A stretch of DNA of 37,587 bases from Hydrurus foetidus (taxonomy: Eukaryota), in NCBI GenBank assembly GCA_900617105.1, contig UYFQ01000202.1, positions 62,001 through 99,587 of the forward strand. The letters run 5' to 3'. The notes beneath the pieces were generated by a model, which saw only the letters and a list, made by a program, of their open reading frames with translations, did no database searches and was not told where the DNA came from. The position numbers and the translations under genes are program-made. This document shows, piece after piece, positions 33,599-37,587 of this stretch (position 1 is its first letter; each line of letters starts with the position of its first letter).

Positions 33599-35029
33599 TT
33601 AAACACATTTTTTCTTTAACCACATCACTTCGTCGACTGAATATTTGTAAGCAAAATGATCTATCAATTTTTTATTTAATACACTATAAGAATTCTCATA
33701 TTCTTCAATTTCTTTACCGTGATATATAGAAAATCTATGTCTCATAGAATCTACTCCCATCATGGTATAATCAGTGTCGGGTGTTAAATTTTTGACTCTA
33801 CTCAAATGTTGACGAAATATAAACATTTCTTCTGCAGCATGATCTCCATCTCTACCAGCATAATTAATTTCAATCTCCCATCGGGAATCCAGACCATCAT
33901 TTGTAAGTAATATGTTATGAATAATGCAACAGGTGAAGAACATATTATCTACAACTTCTCTAGTGTTATAAAATATTGGGACTTTCAAACATCGAAATCT
34001 ACCTTTTAATGAACCAAAGGTACACTCCACATCTTTCCTCACTAACTCAGCCCATTCACTCCATAATGATTCTTTGGGAATTGCAGAGTGCTTCAAAGGA
34101 CACTGAAGACAACGCCATTTATGATAACCTCCGTCAACAAGTAGGTAACATCCCTTTTCAGTAAATTCTTCTCCCGTATCTTTACACAATGTATATTTGA
34201 CGTCTTGATAAAGTTCCTCATCATGAATTGAAGAAACAAATCCATCGAATCGGACTATTGTCTTGTCGTTTTTAGCCCCAGGGAAACCTTTAGTTGCTGC
34301 AATGATTTTTGAGGTGTGATCCACTGTAACTTCGTAGGATATTGAAGGATAACCTTCCTTCCCTTTGTGTAAGGAACGATCTCCCGCTGGACACCTCTCC
34401 CACCGAAGATGAACACAGTCGGTACTACCAATACATCCAGGGAAGCCCAGTCTCTCGTAAACGCTTAATGTTCTCTGAATCTCGGCTTCAGTCAAAGGTG
34501 CATTGCAGTAGACATCAAAGTACTCCTTCGAGAACAGATAACAGAAGGAGTGAAAGAACATCCGATTGCATTCTGCACTGATAAATGATAGTTCCTCAAT
34601 CCCATCAAAGCAATATCCTCGTCCCAAAACACGTAAAACTCCCAGTATTTTAAGCTCAAGCGGAGCCCCTCTTCTACCAGAGGCATCAGGTCTTTCTGTG
34701 AACCAGTTGTTCTCTCTAGTAAGTGCAACCAATCTTAAGAACACAGGGAATGGAACCCTAAAGCGGCGGCGAAATAGAACTCCACCTTTCTTATCAGTCG
34801 GATCTTGTGTTCTCGGATTCATTAGCATCCTTCCCCACGTTGAATATTCGTACAGAGGACGTGCCTCTGACTTCCTAACACGGAAGATAGTAAGCTTCTC
34901 TATGCCATCATTCGTATCATCAACCTCAAAGGGATCAACGAATAGCAATTTTCGACGTTTCGCAGATTGATCAGCATGAAACTTGAGTCTAGTCATGAGA
35001 TCATCAATGGTATTAAGTTGGTTTAACAT
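33599..35029 (-). CDS. Harbinger/PIF DDE transposase (DDE_Tnp_4 / plant-transposon type), intact 476 aa
   Basis: FRRRFRVP, GFPGCIGSTDCVH, FPGAKND, YLLVDGGY, RKDVECTFGSLKGRF, CCIIHN motifs. Confidence 0.93.
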   Translation of the reverse strand: MLNQLNTIDDLMTRLKFHADQSAKRRKLLFVDPFEVDDTNDGIEKLTIFRVRKSEARPLYEYSTWGRMLMNPRTQDPTDKKGGVLFRRRFRVPFPVFLRLVALTRENNWFTERPDASGRRGAPLELKILGVLRVLGRGYCFDGIEELSFISAECNRMFFHSFCYLFSKEYFDVYCNAPLTEAEIQRTLSVYERLGFPGCIGSTDCVHLRWERCPAGDRSLHKGKEGYPSISYEVTVDHTSKIIAATKGFPGAKNDKTIVRFDGFVSSIHDEELYQDVKYTLCKDTGEEFTEKGCYLLVDGGYHKWRCLQCPLKHSAIPKESLWSEWAELVRKDVECTFGSLKGRFRCLKVPIFYNTREVVDNMFFTCCIIHNILLTNDGLDSRWEIEINYAGRDGDHAAEEMFIFRQHLSRVKNLTPDTDYTMMGVDSMRHRFSIYHGKEIEEYENSYSVLNKKLIDHFAYKYSVDEVMWLKKKCV

Positions 35030-35323
35030 TTCTACGGTCGAAATTAACTTTTAGCGAAGATATTGCTGTGATTAAATTGTGTGGAGGAGTGACTAACCAA
35101 GTTTAATTAGTACTTCAAGAAACAAGTAATCCAAAAATATGTGATCCGTAATCCTTATAAGGGCTACAGAATACCAAAACGTATTTTCGATTACAGATAT
35201 TAGGATTACGATTCCGTAATCCTTATAAGGGCTTGCACAGTACCGATTACGAAAACGATTTTCCGATTACGAGTTTTTTAAAATCCGTAATCCGTAAACG
35301 GTGCGCTATAAGGTTTGGCCTAA

Positions 35324-37440
35324 GGCCGGTCCTAGTGGTGAACAAAATACGAAAACGAAAATCCAAATTTTTTTGGATTTTCGTTTTCGTATTTCGTACC
35401 GTCTCGATTGTAGTGAATGACGTAAACGAAATTTCCTGTTCTGTATCGTTTTTGAACTTTTCCATTGTAGTGGAGGGCATTTTACAAGATTCCAATCTGC
35501 AATCACATTTGCACTTTAAATTTCTTGACATCATCCTTGATTGAGCAAAATGGTCAAAAACAAGGTTATGCTGGTTAGGGGGAAGCCTGTAAAGAAATTT
35601 GTTGATAAGCTGAAGGCACCCCAATTGAAGGCGTTGCAGTACCTTCTTGCCGCTAACGCATATGTCTCCATTCTTGAGGGATCTGCTCGGAGAAAGAAAA
35701 ATCAGAAGGAAGACATGGAATTGTAAGTTGTTTTCACTCTTGTTCTTCATTTTTATGCTGTCACTAACTCCTAAAATTGATTGTCCTCTGGTAGATTTTA
35801 TCATGGAGATGATGGTGATCAAATTGGTCAAATTGGTGCTTTGCTGGAGGGAACAGGAAGATATAGGGTTTTGTGGGAAGATGATGTGATTAAACCCGAG
35901 TTTGGTATAATGGCGGGAGTCAGTAAAGATTCTGTCAAGGAATTCATCCATTATCCTACCTTATCGGGTCGGAAATACATCAATGGACGACAGCTTATTG
36001 CGAAAGCAAAAGCTTGCATCAAAGATTCCAAGGTCTTACTCGCGTATTGGAAAGACTTCACCAAGGCTGGTGGGTTTCCCTCAGGGAAAAATGAGACTGA
36101 TGCTCTTCTCTTCTGTACTGAGTCCGTGAATACCGAGCATGATCAAAACATGGAGAGGGAAAACGAGACAGATGAGGATGAGGACGATGACAAAGACCCT
36201 CCTGTTATTCAAGGTTCGGCGCCTACTCAGCCATTAAGGAACTCTCGAGTTGTCGACTCCGATAACGAAGATGCAGAGGATGAGGATGAAGACAACGACA
36301 GCGTTGAATATGTTTCAAAGAAGAAATTGGTTCCTCCGGCATTAGTAACCTTTATGTTACTGGGTCCATATGGTGTTGCAAGTTATGGGTTTGAGATTTC
36401 TGCGGCTTTTAGCGTGGACACGGAAGCAATCGAGGAGAATGCAAAGTCTGGCATGTACAATACCAAGTCGATGAAAGAGGAAAAGAAAGCTGCAACCGAT
36501 CTTGTCCGGTAAGTCTATATTTTTGAACATAAATATTATCTTCCTATTATTTAAGTGACCTTCTACAATTATATACAGTTCGGTTGGGGAGGGACGAGGT
36601 ATGAATAACTTTCAATCTCAACGCCTCGAACTACAGAAGGAGGAAATTCGAATCATGCAACAATCTGTTGCTGATAACAAGAGTCAAATGAAGGCTCAAG
36701 ATGGTTTTGCTGCCGCCAACTCCATGCTTGAGAAACATGGTCACAGTATGAACGAAACCATGTTTAATCATTGGTTTGAAATTGTCACCAAATGGGCTAC
36801 GGAAATGGCTTCCTTTGATAATCCATCTGCCCCATCAGGACCATCAGGACCATCAGATCAATCAGCCCATCAGGATTCTGACTCTCCTGTAATTTCATCT
36901 GATCGTATGAATACAGATATGGGAGACTCCACCACTATGTCCCGTTTGTATGCGTCACCGGCTACTGAGTCTTCTCAACAAAGGAAGAAAATCAAGAATT
37001 ACTCGAGTCAAAGTAACTCCCTTCCATCGGGACGTCCACCTTTCCACTCTATGACCAACAATCCTCCCACCATCATAGAGAGTGTCATCAGTCGTCGTAG
37101 CCAAGAAGAAGAATTCCTCAATGCTGCATTAATTCAATTACCTCTCAGTGCAGAGGCGACATTAGAATTTATTCTAGGAGATGATGGTGAACCAACTGTT
37201 GAGTATCAAACCTCGGTACGCATGTATCAACCTGTAACGGTTCCATCTACTCGCAAGGAAACTATACCATCTACTCGCAAGGAAACTATACCATCTACTT
37301 GCCAGGAAATTGAACCATCTACTTGCCAGGAAATTGAACCATCTACTCACCAGGAAATTATACCATCTGCTTCAACCGACACCTCTGGATCTAATCATCT
37401 CTTTACCAAGGATCCTACAAAACAGACTGGACTACTGAGT
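35324..37440. mobile_element. Probable second Harbinger-family element (left part only), abutting the first
   Basis: Begins GGCC immediately after the TAA TSD; subterminal hairpin; accessory-type gene at a similar offset from the end. No transposase or right TIR in the window. Confidence 0.6.
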
Positions 37441-37452
37441 GATGTGATGTGA
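35550..37452 (+). CDS. Accessory-type protein of the second element; exons 35550-35722, 35795-36508, 36579-37452
   Basis: Introns 35723-35794 (with CTAAC branch site) and 36509-36578 splice ORFs 35541, 35781 and 36601 in frame. Shares PSGK and F(L/M)LxG motifs with 31689-33404. The stop codon is supplied by the GATGT array. Confidence 0.65.
37243..37370 (+). repeat. 24-bp coding tandem repeat, about 5.5 copies (PSTRKETI / PSTCQEIE)
   Basis: CCATCT recurs at 37243, 37267, 37291, 37315, 37339 and 37363. Confidence 0.9.
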
Positions 37453-37587
37453 TGTGATGTGATGTGATGTGATGTGATGTGATGTGATGTGATGTGATGT
37501 GATGTGATGTGATGTGATGTGATGTGATGTGATGTGATGTGATGTGATGTGATGTGATGTGATGTGATGTGATGTGATGTGATGTGA
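37439..37587 (+). repeat. (GATGT)n array running to the end of the window
   Basis: Perfect pentamer repeat. Confidence 0.97.

Larger units (their letters stand above)
31438..35320. mobile_element. Complete autonomous PIF/Harbinger DNA transposon
   Basis: Perfect 18-bp TIRs GGCCAAACCTTATAGCGC (31438-31455, 35303-35320), TAA TSD (31435-31437, 35321-35323), and convergent accessory and transposase genes. Confidence 0.95.

Noticed and set aside
37439..37587. Firm call of a telomere
   Set aside because: GATGT is not a telomere motif I recognise, and it also occurs internally and in introns. Kept only as a hypothesis in the findings.

Overview
Eukaryotic, spliceosomal-intron-containing DNA, probably from a protist such as a stramenopile (taxon is inference only). 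It has two compartments. (1) 1-18.7 kb is host gene space on the minus strand: an MFS sugar transporter, a large multi-exon gene with IQ-like motifs, and a DDT/WHIM plus double-Tudor chromatin protein. Many introns and spacers here carry 5-bp-period repeats, and one intron holds a 22-bp minisatellite. (2) 20.08-37.44 kb is a foreign-DNA island bracketed by (GATGT)n arrays. It contains a decayed AT-rich endogenous Polinton-like virus/virophage fragment (A32-type packaging ATPase pseudogene, fibre-like ORF, PD-(D/E)xK-like ORF), a coiled-coil-TM-P-loop NTPase gene, a full-length Ty1/copia LTR retrotransposon (TSD TCGAC, near-identical LTRs), a complete PIF/Harbinger transposon (18-bp TIRs, TAA TSD) and a probable second Harbinger directly abutting it. 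The most unusual signal is in the copia element: it has no tRNA-type primer-binding site, and the 12 nt after its 5' LTR are perfectly complementary to a segment inside the LTR. This is the layout of Tf1-type self-primed reverse transcription, which I know from gypsy/chromovirus elements rather than copia.
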